Shown here piece by piece: positions 21,017 to 30,698 of a DNA stretch of 64,000 nt. The stretch spans positions 115,337 to 179,336 of the forward strand of contig CANCYS010000003.1 of NCBI GenBank assembly GCA_947382485.1, read 5' to 3'. Source of the DNA: an uncultured Clostridia bacterium. Its GTDB lineage: Bacteria; Bacillota; Clostridia; Christensenellales; UBA1242. A program made the position numbers and the translations under genes. Position 1 is the first letter of the stretch. Each line of letters starts with the position of its first letter. The notes under the pieces are model-generated. The model did no database searches. It worked only from the letters and a program-made list of their open reading frames with translations, and had not been told where the DNA came from.

Positions 21017-21823
21017 CTAGAAAATTTCATAATTTTCAAAACATTCTTCATACAATTTCCTATCATAATCATTATGAACACAAAACACGACATTAATTGG
21101 AAATTCATTTTCTTTTAACCAATTATAAACAGTTGTCACTGCAATCTTTGCAGCCATTTCTCTTGGAAACCTAAACACACCAGTTGATATACAACAAAAA
21201 ACAATTTCATTAAATCCATTTTCAACTGCAAGACTCAAACTTGACTTATAGCAATTTGCAAGATCAATTTTATCACGATATGAAACCCTATCCAAAATCA
21301 AAGGACCAACTGTGTGTATAATATATTTTGATGGCAAATTATAAGCCTTAGTCATCTTTGCCTGCCCGTTTGGTTCAGGATGTCCTTGTTTAGACATAAT
21401 TTGATTTAACTCTTGCCTAATTTGTAATCCACCTGCCGACATAATAACATTGTCAATTGAAGGTTCATTTGGTTCAAAACTACCAAGTAATCTAGAGTTC
21501 CCAGCATTAACAATAACATCAGCTTTAAGCGTAGTAATATCACCCTCAAAAATACACATATTTTTTATGTATTCAAGTTTAGACACATCAATAATGTTTT
21601 TATGTTCACGTTCAAAAGACAGAATCTCATCTTGAAGTTTCATAAATTCCGAACTAAGAGGCATTGGTTGACGCATGTTTGATAAACCTCTAAAAATAAC
21701 TCTTTTATCACCAATATCCAACTTTTCTAGTTCAAATTTTTTAATATCAACATTCTCATCTTCACATAAAATTTCTATTAACCTATTTAATTTTTCGTCA
21801 AGTTCCTCAACTGTATATTCCAT
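21017..21823 (-). CDS. macrodomain protein (Zn-macro/protein-ADP-ribose hydrolase-like)
   Basis: N-terminal FRGLSNMRQP..LQDE extension, GDIT, IVNAGN, IHTVGP, CCISTGVFRFP. Confidence 0.9.
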   Translation of the reverse strand: MEYTVEELDEKLNRLIEILCEDENVDIKKFELEKLDIGDKRVIFRGLSNMRQPMPLSSEFMKLQDEILSFEREHKNIIDVSKLEYIKNMCIFEGDITTLKADVIVNAGNSRLLGSFEPNEPSIDNVIMSAGGLQIRQELNQIMSKQGHPEPNGQAKMTKAYNLPSKYIIHTVGPLILDRVSYRDKIDLANCYKSSLSLAVENGFNEIVFCCISTGVFRFPREMAAKIAVTTVYNWLKENEFPINVVFCVHNDYDRKLYEECFENYEIF

Positions 21824-21832
21824 AAAGTCCCT

Positions 21833-22270
21833 TTAAAGTTCCTTTGATTGAACTTTTTTCTTTTTTTTCAAAATAACAACTTCATTGCCCTGCATCAAAA
21901 CCTCATCTTTATACTCTTCGTCACCCATATTAGACGCCTCTTTTTCTAAATCAAGATTTTCACTATTATCGTTAATCATTTCTTTGTTATCTACATTTTC
22001 ATTTTCATCTCGAAGGTCAACAACTGCCTTAACATCAAACTTACTAGAATCTTCTCTAATCAAACTTTCAATTTGTTTAGCCAATTCTTCATACTCATCA
22101 AAAGCAACTCTAAGTTTTTGCATTTTACTTACATATCTTTTAAGTTCTTTTCTAACAACTTCCTTCTTAGTTTCCTCGTCAAACTTAATAGGAGTTGCAA
22201 GTAATTCAATTAATTCACCTTCCAATTTTTTGAACTTATCCAAAATATCTTTTTTATTATTATTTTTCAT
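21833..22270 (-). CDS. hypothetical protein (coiled coil, acidic C-terminal half)
   Basis: 145-aa ORF with AGGAG RBS, closely coupled to its neighbours. Confidence 0.7.
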   Translation of the reverse strand: MKNNNKKDILDKFKKLEGELIELLATPIKFDEETKKEVVRKELKRYVSKMQKLRVAFDEYEELAKQIESLIREDSSKFDVKAVVDLRDENENVDNKEMINDNSENLDLEKEASNMGDEEYKDEVLMQGNEVVILKKKKKVQSKEL

Positions 22271-22272
22271 AC

Positions 22273-23583
22273 TTATTCTCCTATTAAGAACTTTTCTTTA
22301 AAGTAATTTAAACCAGGCACATATTTTTTAGACGCATTCCCAAGCACTGTAACAAAAATTTTATTATTTTTATTAAAAATTTCATTAGAAATGCGTTTAA
22401 TTTCATCAGCATTAACATTTTTAATCAATTGTTTTCTTTGCCATTTTGAAACTTTAAAAATTTTGCCATAACTCAAATAGTCCATAAAATTCAAATGACA
22501 TTTAGAATTTATTTTTGGTGGCATTTTTTCATCTTGATAATATTCTAAATTTTTCTTAAATGACTCCACATATTTTTCATCAACTTTATTTGTAACTACA
22601 TTTTCTATTTCTAGACTTATAATTTGTAAAATTTCTTTAATCTTCTCTTTTGAAGTTTCAAAAACAATGTTAAATAAAGATTCATCTTTAAAACTTGTTA
22701 TATCAGAATCCAATCTATAAATTAAACCTTTGTTACGCAAATTTAAAAATAATTCACCTTGTGAGCCAGAAAGATATCTAGTTAAAAATGGATAGTTATA
22801 ATTTTTTGTAAAAATATCAAGTTCATTAATATTAATTTTAAATGACATCATCAGGCTAACTTTCTCTTGTTCATTTTTATAAATTTTAAGAGAACTATCA
22901 TGGTCTATTTTATTAGTGCCATAATAACTTTTGTGTTCTTTATAATCTTTATCAAATGGAATTTTATCAGTAAAATATTTATTTACCAGCCTTACGAATT
23001 TATTTTTTGAAAGAGATGTAACCGCAGACACAACAAAGTTATTACCAACAAAATATTTACTTTTAAAATTTTGAAGGATTTTAAATTTAATAGAATCAAT
23101 ATTCTCATTTGTTCTTCCAACAATATCTGATGAATATTTAGATTTTGACATTGCTTGCTTGAAATTTTTAACAAAAATATCTCTTGATTCATTATCCTTG
23201 CACATTGCAAGTTCTTCTTTTATTACGCCCTTTTCAGATTCCACAAATTCATCGTCAATAACAGAATTAAGCAAAACATCACTTGCAAACTCCATGGTTT
23301 CATCAATAAGTCTGTTTGTTCTAAAAAATTTCACCACCAAATAATCCATACTGGTTGAGGCATTCAAAAAAGCAATTTTATTTCTATCTCTTTCCACTTC
23401 TGCATTTGTTCTGTTTTTTGTCTTTTTAAAAAGCGTGTGTTCCAAAAAATGAGCAGTTCCCATTTTTGTTTCATTAAAAGCACCAACACGAAAACCCACT
23501 TCAACAGCAGAGCAATTGTTTTGATTTGTATGTTCATAAATGAGTGTGCCACCATTTTTAAGTTTAATTATTTTTTCTCGCAT
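22273..23583 (-). CDS. M16 family (pitrilysin-like) peptidase
   Basis: HxxEH (AHFLEH), LNAST, EKGVIKEE. Confidence 0.9.
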   Translation of the reverse strand: MREKIIKLKNGGTLIYEHTNQNNCSAVEVGFRVGAFNETKMGTAHFLEHTLFKKTKNRTNAEVERDRNKIAFLNASTSMDYLVVKFFRTNRLIDETMEFASDVLLNSVIDDEFVESEKGVIKEELAMCKDNESRDIFVKNFKQAMSKSKYSSDIVGRTNENIDSIKFKILQNFKSKYFVGNNFVVSAVTSLSKNKFVRLVNKYFTDKIPFDKDYKEHKSYYGTNKIDHDSSLKIYKNEQEKVSLMMSFKININELDIFTKNYNYPFLTRYLSGSQGELFLNLRNKGLIYRLDSDITSFKDESLFNIVFETSKEKIKEILQIISLEIENVVTNKVDEKYVESFKKNLEYYQDEKMPPKINSKCHLNFMDYLSYGKIFKVSKWQRKQLIKNVNADEIKRISNEIFNKNNKIFVTVLGNASKKYVPGLNYFKEKFLIGE

Positions 23584-23602
23584 TGTTCCCTCTCTAAAAT
23601 TA

Positions 23603-24073
23603 TTATAATCCCGCCTTACTAGTTAAATAATTCAATCTATCATTTAAATTATTTTTTATAATACGTAATCTGTTATCCATTTTCTTTAATTCAGTCAAAT
23701 ATTCTTTGAGTGCTGAAAACTCTTCAACAATAAATTCTTCTTTTGGAAAATCTCCAAAATCAGTATATTTAAAATATTCATGTGCAAAATAATTTCTTTT
23801 TTCAAGCAACGCTTTAAGTTCATTAATTTCGTCATATCCCAAACTTTTAGATTCATAAATGATACCAACCAATTGCCCAAATGTCATAGTCATCATCTTT
23901 TGCTTTAAATATCCAGCATCATCTTTAACCTGCATAAAATCTTGTGCTGTCATCATTTTGTGCCTAGAAAATTCCTTAACAATCTCGCTAAGTTCACAAA
24001 TATCAACCACACAAAGTTCAATGTTTTGAGTTACTTCAATAATCTTTCCAATTGCACAATAAATTCTATTCAT
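23603..24073 (-). CDS. hypothetical helical protein with an RxxxxH (HEPN-like) motif
   Basis: MTFGQL...KRNYFAHEYF. Confidence 0.65.
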   Translation of the reverse strand: MNRIYCAIGKIIEVTQNIELCVVDICELSEIVKEFSRHKMMTAQDFMQVKDDAGYLKQKMMTMTFGQLVGIIYESKSLGYDEINELKALLEKRNYFAHEYFKYTDFGDFPKEEFIVEEFSALKEYLTELKKMDNRLRIIKNNLNDRLNYLTSKAGL

Positions 24074-24129
24074 AATTACCTACATTCAATTTTAAATTAG
24101 ACTATGTACTATGTCAATTAAAAACTTAA

Positions 24130-25575
24130 TTACACATTCAGTTTTTCATCAACAAAATTTTTCTTAACAATATAATTTTTAAATATTTTTACTGACATTA
24201 AAATAAAAACAATAAAATTTAAAAATGTCAAAGTCATAAAACAAGAATTGTATACAAATTGATTACCTGCCCAATTAAATAAAAAAATCATCATTGCACC
24301 AGTTAATGAAATATTTAAAAAGTTTGAAATTATAATATCTCTCTTATTAAAAGATATAATCATCAATATAATACTAAAAGTAGTTGCTATATAATAAAAT
24401 CTGTCTAACATCTTTGGCATAAAAAGCACCATTATAAATGAGAACACTGTTCCAAAAAAAGTTAAATCATACTTAGTTAAAACTTTTCTTTTATTATATC
24501 TAAATATAATTATTAAAAGCACAATCAATAACGCAAAAGTAAAAATAACACACAACACACTCGTCAACTTATATGCAAATGTATTGACGGTCCAAATATT
24601 CTGACTAAGTATAGATAAAAACATACAGACATTTGGACAATTCCCAGTAATCCTATTATCAAACTTTGCTTGCATTAAATACACCTTTAACATATCAATT
24701 AGTGGTCTTCCTGCAAGCACAGGAACAAGATTTATCACATAACAAAGAGGTGCAATCCAAATATCTTTCCATTTTAAGTAATGCTCTCCATTTTCATCTT
24801 TAACAATAAGCATAACAAATAAAATTGGAACCATAAACAAAAATTGCATCTTTGTTACAAATGCCAATCCTATAAATAAAAACGATAGTTTAGATTTCTT
24901 ATTTAACGCAAAATAGAAAGATAAAAACGCAAAAGAAGTATAAATTGCATCACATTGTCCCCATTCTGCATATTCTACAAGAATATATGGAATAATCATA
25001 AATATCATAAAAAGTGCATAACTAAACTTTTCATTTTTAATAGTTTTAATAATAAGTGTTACAGCTAATGCAAGAAGCAATGTAAAAATAAAGGTAATAA
25101 ATTTAATTGAATATAAAGAATTTAAACCAAGTTTTGCAATAATAATAAGAAAATAATTATAAAATGCATTATAGTTACTTATGTTAATTATGCTATACAA
25201 ACAATCTTTAAAACTAAGTTTTGAATATTCTTCTGTCCAAACATCTAAAAAGATTACATAATCTGGTGATTCAGAATTAGCAAAATATATTGTCATAAAA
25301 ATAATAATTAAACTGCATAAAGTTATTATGGCAATATTTATATATTTCAATTTTTTGTTATCAGAATATATTTTACAAACTTTATAAATAAAAAATGATG
25401 CAATACCAATAACAATTGCTGAAACAAGAAAGATATAAATATAAAACTGGGTTCCACCACCCTCAAACTTAACATTAAAAACTCTAATTATGCCAAGGAC
25501 AACAATTAAAGCAAAACTTAGAATTATAACAAAATTTGTTAAAACTCTTTTTAAACTCAATTTGTTTTCATCCAT
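24130..25575 (-). CDS. GT-C superfamily polytopic membrane glycosyltransferase (mannosyltransferase-like)
   Basis: About 12 TM segments; PDY, WGQCDAIY, KMQ, MPKMLDRFYY motifs. Confidence 0.75.
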   Translation of the reverse strand: MDENKLSLKRVLTNFVIILSFALIVVLGIIRVFNVKFEGGGTQFYIYIFLVSAIVIGIASFFIYKVCKIYSDNKKLKYINIAIITLCSLIIIFMTIYFANSESPDYVIFLDVWTEEYSKLSFKDCLYSIINISNYNAFYNYFLIIIAKLGLNSLYSIKFITFIFTLLLALAVTLIIKTIKNEKFSYALFMIFMIIPYILVEYAEWGQCDAIYTSFAFLSFYFALNKKSKLSFLFIGLAFVTKMQFLFMVPILFVMLIVKDENGEHYLKWKDIWIAPLCYVINLVPVLAGRPLIDMLKVYLMQAKFDNRITGNCPNVCMFLSILSQNIWTVNTFAYKLTSVLCVIFTFALLIVLLIIIFRYNKRKVLTKYDLTFFGTVFSFIMVLFMPKMLDRFYYIATTFSIILMIISFNKRDIIISNFLNISLTGAMMIFLFNWAGNQFVYNSCFMTLTFLNFIVFILMSVKIFKNYIVKKNFVDEKLNV

Positions 25576-25581
25576 AAAAAA

Positions 25582-26130
25582 TTAATTAATCTCCTCAATT
25601 AATATAGAATAAATCGCAGTATCGCATCTTTCATGAATATTGTTGCTGTGTGCCTTACGAAGCACCCCTTCAAAAGTCATTCCTGCCCTTTTCATTACAT
25701 TTCCACTTCTATAATTTTCAACGTCATGAAAAGCTTCAATTCTTTTTGCAATATTGTTTTCTTTTATATACTTAAACATTCCACGAACAGCCTCAGTCAT
25801 AAAACCTTTCCCATGATATTTTTTATTCATCAAATATCCAATACTAATAGTTCCACCCGCTCTTTGAATATGTGATAAACCAAGACCAATTGAGCCAATG
25901 ACTTTCCCTTCAATTTTAAGCATAATTGCATAATCCGTTTTTTCAATTCCATTTTCATAGCATTCTTTCATAAACTTAATTCTTTCTTTCGCATTTTCAA
26001 CAGATTCATATGTCTTAAAGGTTAAATATTTTGTAACTTCTTTATCACTTGCATATTCATATAAATCCAAATAATCTTCGTCTTCCCATTTACGAATTAT
26101 CAATCTGTCAGTTTCATATAAAATATTCAT
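25582..26130 (-). CDS. RimJ/RimL-type GNAT acetyltransferase
   Basis: ETDRLIIR, YHGKGFMTEA, NYRSGNVMKRAGMTFEG. Confidence 0.92.
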   Translation of the reverse strand: MNILYETDRLIIRKWEDEDYLDLYEYASDKEVTKYLTFKTYESVENAKERIKFMKECYENGIEKTDYAIMLKIEGKVIGSIGLGLSHIQRAGGTISIGYLMNKKYHGKGFMTEAVRGMFKYIKENNIAKRIEAFHDVENYRSGNVMKRAGMTFEGVLRKAHSNNIHERCDTAIYSILIEEIN

Positions 26131-26167
26131 AATTCACCACCAAGAATTTATATATTTATTTTATAAT

Positions 26168-26204
26168 AAAAAAAGTCTTATTCAAAATGAATAAGACTTT
26201 TTTT
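26168..26204 (-). terminator. intrinsic terminator
   Basis: aaaaaaagtcttattca-aaa-tgaataagacttttttt. Confidence 0.8.
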
Positions 26205-26213
26205 CAATTTAAA

Positions 26214-27170
26214 CTATTTCTTTTTGTCATATTTATAGAAACCTTCGCCAACAGACATTCCAAGTTTTCCCTCATCAATATACTTTTTAAGCATAACTGC
26301 CATACCTTTAAAGTTATATGGTGCTAAAAATGAAGGAATTTTAACATAATTTAAAACAATGTTATATGCAGTTGTAAGTCCAACAGTATCAAGAATTCTA
26401 AATGGTCCTTTTGGAGAACCTGTTCCAAGAGTCCAAGCCTTATCAATACTTTCTGGGTCAGAAATTCCATTAACATACAAATCCATTCCTGAGAACAAAA
26501 GAGGTACAAGCATTGAATTTAATAAATATCCTGATTTTTCTTTATGAACTGGAAGCGGAATCATTCTAATTTCTTTTGCAAAATTCATTATTAAATCAAA
26601 ATTAACTTTATCTGTTTTTGATTGAGCCATAATTTCGGTCATGTTATTTTTCCAAATAGAATTAGCAAAATGTAAAGATAAGAATTTATCTTCTCTACCT
26701 GTGTATTTCGCAAATTTTGAAGGAAGAAGTGTTGACGAATTTGTTACAACAACAGTTTTTGCTGGCATAAGTGGAGCAAGTTTTTTATAAAATGCAATTT
26801 TTTCATTTGCATTTTCTGCCATAGATTCAATAACAAGGTCAGCGTCCTCAACTGCCTTTGCAAGATCAAGTTCAAGTTTGATGCTTGAATATGCTTTTTT
26901 AACTTTTGACAAACATTCCTTTTGGTCAAAGCTTTCATAGTCAGCAATACCCATTGCCCAAACGCTTGCATTTTGTCCTTCTGGTTTTGCCATTTTTTTG
27001 ATTGTATCAGTGTAAACTTGTTTTAAATTATCAAGTTTAGGTTGAGTTCTACCAATACTACCCTCACTTCTAAGCCAAATAGTTACATTAAAACCACAAT
27101 ATGCTGCTTGAAAAGCAATTTGACTTCCAAGAACGCCACCGCCTGCAACAACAACATTTTTAATTTCCAT
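26214..27170 (-). CDS. 3-hydroxyacyl-CoA dehydrogenase
   Basis: GGGVLG Rossmann motif, VIES, TNSST, SLHFAN, GPFRILDTVG, GEGFY. Confidence 0.92.
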   Translation of the reverse strand: MEIKNVVVAGGGVLGSQIAFQAAYCGFNVTIWLRSEGSIGRTQPKLDNLKQVYTDTIKKMAKPEGQNASVWAMGIADYESFDQKECLSKVKKAYSSIKLELDLAKAVEDADLVIESMAENANEKIAFYKKLAPLMPAKTVVVTNSSTLLPSKFAKYTGREDKFLSLHFANSIWKNNMTEIMAQSKTDKVNFDLIMNFAKEIRMIPLPVHKEKSGYLLNSMLVPLLFSGMDLYVNGISDPESIDKAWTLGTGSPKGPFRILDTVGLTTAYNIVLNYVKIPSFLAPYNFKGMAVMLKKYIDEGKLGMSVGEGFYKYDKKK

Positions 27171-27249
27171 AAATTTCTCCTATATCATATTATATTGAAA
27201 TTATAACATTTAAAATTACCAATCAGCAAATGAAATTAATAAAACGAAT

Positions 27250-27567
27250 TTATTTCTTAATCTTCTTTTTTGGAAGCGGAGTAATTCTTTCCAAAATTTC
27301 AATCACATCAGAAACTAATTCATTATTTTCAATATCCAAAATATAATGTTCTTTTGCACCATTATAAGGCACACCAACATCTGCATTTTTCAATAAATTT
27401 TCAATTTCATTCAACTTTTTCACAAACACAGTGTTATCACACACAAGTAAAATTGGTTTATCATTTACATAAACCATATATTCACCAAACATTTTTTTAT
27501 ATCTTATATTATAATTTCCATGAATTTGCTCACAAACAAATTCAATAAAATCCTGAGTTGTTGCCAT
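27250..27567 (-). CDS. TfoX N-terminal domain protein
   Basis: YKKMFGEYMVY..K..LVCDNTVFVK, PYNGAK. Confidence 0.88.
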   Translation of the reverse strand: MATTQDFIEFVCEQIHGNYNIRYKKMFGEYMVYVNDKPILLVCDNTVFVKKLNEIENLLKNADVGVPYNGAKEHYILDIENNELVSDVIEILERITPLPKKKIKK

Positions 27568-27693
27568 AAATTTCTCCTTAGTTAAAATTTAATATCGTCA
27601 CGAATTTCAATATACCCTTCATGAGTCGTAGTGAACAAAATTGGTTCACTATTTCATCTAAATTTTATTATCCTACATCTCTTAATATAAACT

Positions 27694-28158
27694 TTATTTT
27701 AATGAATCTTTGTCAAATTCAAAATATTTACGACCAACAATTTGCTTTCCACTCAATTTTTCATAAAAACCAATTGATGGTTTATTCCAATCAAGACAAC
27801 TTAGTTCTAGTCCTTCATAACCATCTTCAATGATACGATTTAATATTTTATTAAAGAAAACTTTTCCAAATCCTCTTCCACGATATTCTTCAAGAATAAA
27901 TAAGTCTTCTAAATAAACTCTACCAATTGCAGAAAAAGAACCAAAAATTGGATAATATATTGCATAGCCTATTACCAAACCATCAAACTCAGCAAAAAGT
28001 GCTGTTGCAATATTCTTTTCAAAAAGCCAATAAGTTAACTGTTTCTTTGTTGCTTTCATGTCTTGTGGTCTTTTTTCATATGATGCTAAACCTTTTATTA
28101 AAGAAACTAATGTTTCAATATCTTCTTTTTTTGCTTCACGAATTTTTAATTCTTTCAT
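27694..28158 (-). CDS. GNAT acetyltransferase (diamine N-acetyltransferase-like)
   Basis: LASYEK, YLEDLFI..YRGRGFG, CLDWNKPSIGFY. Confidence 0.9.
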   Translation of the reverse strand: MKELKIREAKKEDIETLVSLIKGLASYEKRPQDMKATKKQLTYWLFEKNIATALFAEFDGLVIGYAIYYPIFGSFSAIGRVYLEDLFILEEYRGRGFGKVFFNKILNRIIEDGYEGLELSCLDWNKPSIGFYEKLSGKQIVGRKYFEFDKDSLK

Positions 28159-28293
28159 ATTAATTTGAAATTCCTTAATGTTTTTATTATTAATAATAAC
28201 ATTTTTCTTTTATTAAAGCAAAATATAAAAATCAATTAAAACAAAAATGATTTTATAAAAATAAAAACGAACCTAATAGGTTCGCATTTTATT

Positions 28294-28378
28294 TGGTGGG
28301 AAGAGATGGATTCGAACCATCGAAGACGAAGTCGACGGATTTACAGTCCGTTGCATTTGGCCGCTCTGCAATCTTCCC
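28294..28378 (-). tRNA. tRNA-Tyr(GTA)
   Basis: GGGAAGATTGCAGAGCGGCCAAATGCAACGGACTGTAAATCCGT...TTCGAATCC...CCA; long variable arm. Confidence 0.96.
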
Positions 28379-28381
28379 ATA

Positions 28382-28456
28382 TGGAGCCGGTGGTCGGAAT
28401 CGAACCAACAACCGTCTGATTACAAGTCAGATGCTCTACCATTGAGCCACACCGGC
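28382..28456 (-). tRNA. tRNA-Thr(TGT)
   Basis: GCCGGTGTGGCTCAATGGTAGAGCATCTGACTTGTAATCAGA...CCA. Confidence 0.96.
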
Positions 28457-28465
28457 AAGTGTTTT

Positions 28466-28541
28466 TGGTGCCGCGGGGCGGAATCGAACCACCGACACAG
28501 GGATTTTCAGTCCCTTGCTCTACCGACTGAGCTACCGAGGC
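28466..28541 (-). tRNA. tRNA-Phe(GAA)
   Basis: GCCTCGGTAGCTCAGTCGGTAGAGCAAGGGACTGAAAATCCCT...CCA. Confidence 0.95.
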
Positions 28542-28589
28542 ATATTTTTTGAGAAAAAATAAAAAACTATTAAGTTTTAGAATGAAATT

Positions 28590-28666
28590 TGGCGACTCGG
28601 ATGGGGCTCGAACCCACGACCTCCAGCGTGACAGGCTGGCGCTCTAACCAACTGAGCTACCGAGCC
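28590..28666 (-). tRNA. tRNA-Asp(GTC)
   Basis: GGCTCGGTAGCTCAGTTGGTTAGAGCGCCAGCCTGTCACGCTGG...CCA. Confidence 0.96.
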
Positions 28667-28689
28667 AAATTTATAAAAAATATTTTGTT

Positions 28690-28766
28690 TGGTGGGCCTT
28701 CACGGACTTGAACCGCGGACCAACCGGTTATGAGCCGGTCGCTCTAACCAACTGAGCTAAAGGCCC
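28690..28766 (-). tRNA. tRNA with CAT anticodon, probably tRNA-Ile2 (lysidine)
   Basis: GGGCCTTTAGCTCAGTTGGTTAGAGCGACCGGCTCATAACCGG; body resembles Firmicute Ile2 rather than initiator or elongator Met. Confidence 0.85.
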
Positions 28767-28786
28767 AATTAATTTTACAACAAACT

Positions 28787-28863
28787 TGGTCGGGGTGGCG
28801 AGACTCGAACTCACGACCCCACGGACCCAAACCGCGTGCGCTACCAAACTGCGCTACACCCCG
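28787..28863 (-). tRNA. tRNA-Pro(TGG)
   Basis: CGGGGTGTAGCGCAGTTTGGTAGCGCACGCGGTTTGGGTCCGTG...CCA. Confidence 0.96.
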
Positions 28864-28893
28864 ATGCATCCGTTGCATAAAACTAACGAATTA

Positions 28894-28922
28894 AATATAC
28901 ACTATTCAAAATTAATTGTCAA
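28894..28922 (-). promoter_or_regulatory. sigmaA promoter of the tRNA operon
   Basis: TTGACA-17-TATATT. Confidence 0.8.
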
Positions 28923-29008
28923 CAAAAAATAAAAAATTTTCAATATTTTATAACAAGGCAAAATTATGTTCTTTTGTGGCATAACTCTGCCCTGTCAATA
29001 TTATTATA

Positions 29009-30580
29009 TTAATCAAGTCCAAGATAGTTATTGTATGTAATTTGTTTATCATAAATTTTTGTTTTATCAATTTCAATAATACGATTTGCAACTGTTTGCA
29101 AAAGTTGGTGATCTTGACTTGTGAAAAGTATTGGGGATTTGAAATTTATCATACCCTTGTTTAGCGATGTGATACTTTCAAGGTCAAGGTGGTTTGTTGG
29201 TTCATCAAAAATAAGAACATTTGCACCTGAAAGCATAACTTTTGCGAGCATACACCTAACCTTTTCTCCACCTGAAATGCAGTTTGCTTTTTTTCTTGCC
29301 TCTTCACCAGAAAATAACATTCTTCCAAGCCAGCTTCTAAGGAATGTTTGGTCTTTATCATCAGAATATTGAGAAAGCCAATCAACAAGTGAAAGTCCAC
29401 AATCTTTGAAATATGAATCATTATTTTCAGGCAAATAACCAGTTGTAACAGTTGAACCCCATTCAAAAGTTCCACCATCAGCAGAATCTTCACCCACCAA
29501 AATTTTAAACAACATTGTAATTACATTCGCATTTTCACAAATGAATGCAATTTTATCACCCTTATTTACAGTGAATGAAACATTCTCAAACATTTCATTT
29601 TTAGTTAAGTTTGTAACTCTTAAAATTTCATTTCCAATTTCTCTATTTGGTTTAAAGTCAACATATGGATATTTTCTTAGAGATGGTTTTATATCAACAA
29701 ACGTAAGTTTTTCAAGTTCTTTCTTTCTACTTGTTGCCTGTTTACTTTTTGAAGCATTTGCAGCGAATCTTGAAATGAACTCTTGAAGTTCTTTTGCTCT
29801 TTGTTCAGATTTTTTATTTTGTTCTTTTGCTTGTCTTTGAAGAAGCTGACTGGTTTCATACCAGAAATCATAGTTTCCAACAAACATATCAATTTTGCCA
29901 TAATCAATATCACAAATATGTGTACAAATTTTATTCAAGAAATATCTGTTATGCGAAACAACAATAACCAAGTTTTCAAATTCAAGTAAGAAATTTTCAA
30001 GCCAGTTTACAGTTTTTGCATCAAGGTTATTTGTAGGTTCGTCCAAAATCAAAATGTCAGGATTTTTAAAAAGTGCTTTTGCAAGCAAAACTTTAACTTT
30101 CATTTTTGGATCAAGGTCTGCCATCAAAACATCAAAAAATTCTTCATGAATTCCAAGTTCATTCAAAAGGTTTTGGGCTTCACTTTCTGCTTCCCAACCA
30201 CCAATCTCCATAAATTCATTTTCAAGTTCACCTGCTCTAATTCCATCAGCATCAGTGAAATCAATTTTTGCATAAAGGTCATCTTTTTCTTTCATGATTG
30301 CCATGAGTCTTTCATGACCATGCATAACAGTTGAAAGAACAGTATATTCGTCCCAAGCCTTTTGGTCTTGTTGAAGTACACTAAGTCTTTTGCCTCTATC
30401 AATAACAATGTCACCTGAACTTGGTTCAATTTGTTTTGTGATAAGTTTTAAAAAAGTTGATTTGCCTGCACCATTTGCACCAATGATACCATAACAATTT
30501 CCATCTTCAAATTTAAGATTAACATCTTCAAATAACACACGACCGCCAAATTGCAATCTTACATTGTTTACACTAATCAT
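29009..30580 (-). CDS. ABC-F family ATPase (YbiT/YkpA-like)
   Basis: Two ABC domains (GANGAGKST; LDEPTNNLD; SGGE; FDEPTNHLD), linker ASKSKQATSR, no TM segments. Confidence 0.92.
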   Translation of the reverse strand: MISVNNVRLQFGGRVLFEDVNLKFEDGNCYGIIGANGAGKSTFLKLITKQIEPSSGDIVIDRGKRLSVLQQDQKAWDEYTVLSTVMHGHERLMAIMKEKDDLYAKIDFTDADGIRAGELENEFMEIGGWEAESEAQNLLNELGIHEEFFDVLMADLDPKMKVKVLLAKALFKNPDILILDEPTNNLDAKTVNWLENFLLEFENLVIVVSHNRYFLNKICTHICDIDYGKIDMFVGNYDFWYETSQLLQRQAKEQNKKSEQRAKELQEFISRFAANASKSKQATSRKKELEKLTFVDIKPSLRKYPYVDFKPNREIGNEILRVTNLTKNEMFENVSFTVNKGDKIAFICENANVITMLFKILVGEDSADGGTFEWGSTVTTGYLPENNDSYFKDCGLSLVDWLSQYSDDKDQTFLRSWLGRMLFSGEEARKKANCISGGEKVRCMLAKVMLSGANVLIFDEPTNHLDLESITSLNKGMINFKSPILFTSQDHQLLQTVANRIIEIDKTKIYDKQITYNNYLGLD

Positions 30581-30698
30581 TACATAATCCCCTATTTACC
30601 CGTTAATTATAATTTAAAAATTCAAACTTTGTCAATGATTTATCCACTTAAAGTATAATTATTAACATTCTGGCAATAATGTAATCGTAGGAGAAAAA

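Noticed and set aside
24130-28290. Integron-like cassette array or tRNA-anchored island
   Set aside because: There is no integrase, no repeated attC-like site and no duplicated tRNA 3' end. The recurring CATAAATTTCTCCT is just RBS plus start codon and also occurs at pheS.
28260-28870. Repeated GC-rich blocks separated by AT-rich spacers as a CRISPR array
   Set aside because: The blocks are six tRNA genes; there are no identical repeats or cas genes in the window.
28954-28994. Long imperfect hairpin between the ABC-F gene and the tRNA promoter as an ncRNA
   Set aside because: Its position right after the ABC-F stop is explained by a 3' terminator or stabilising hairpin.
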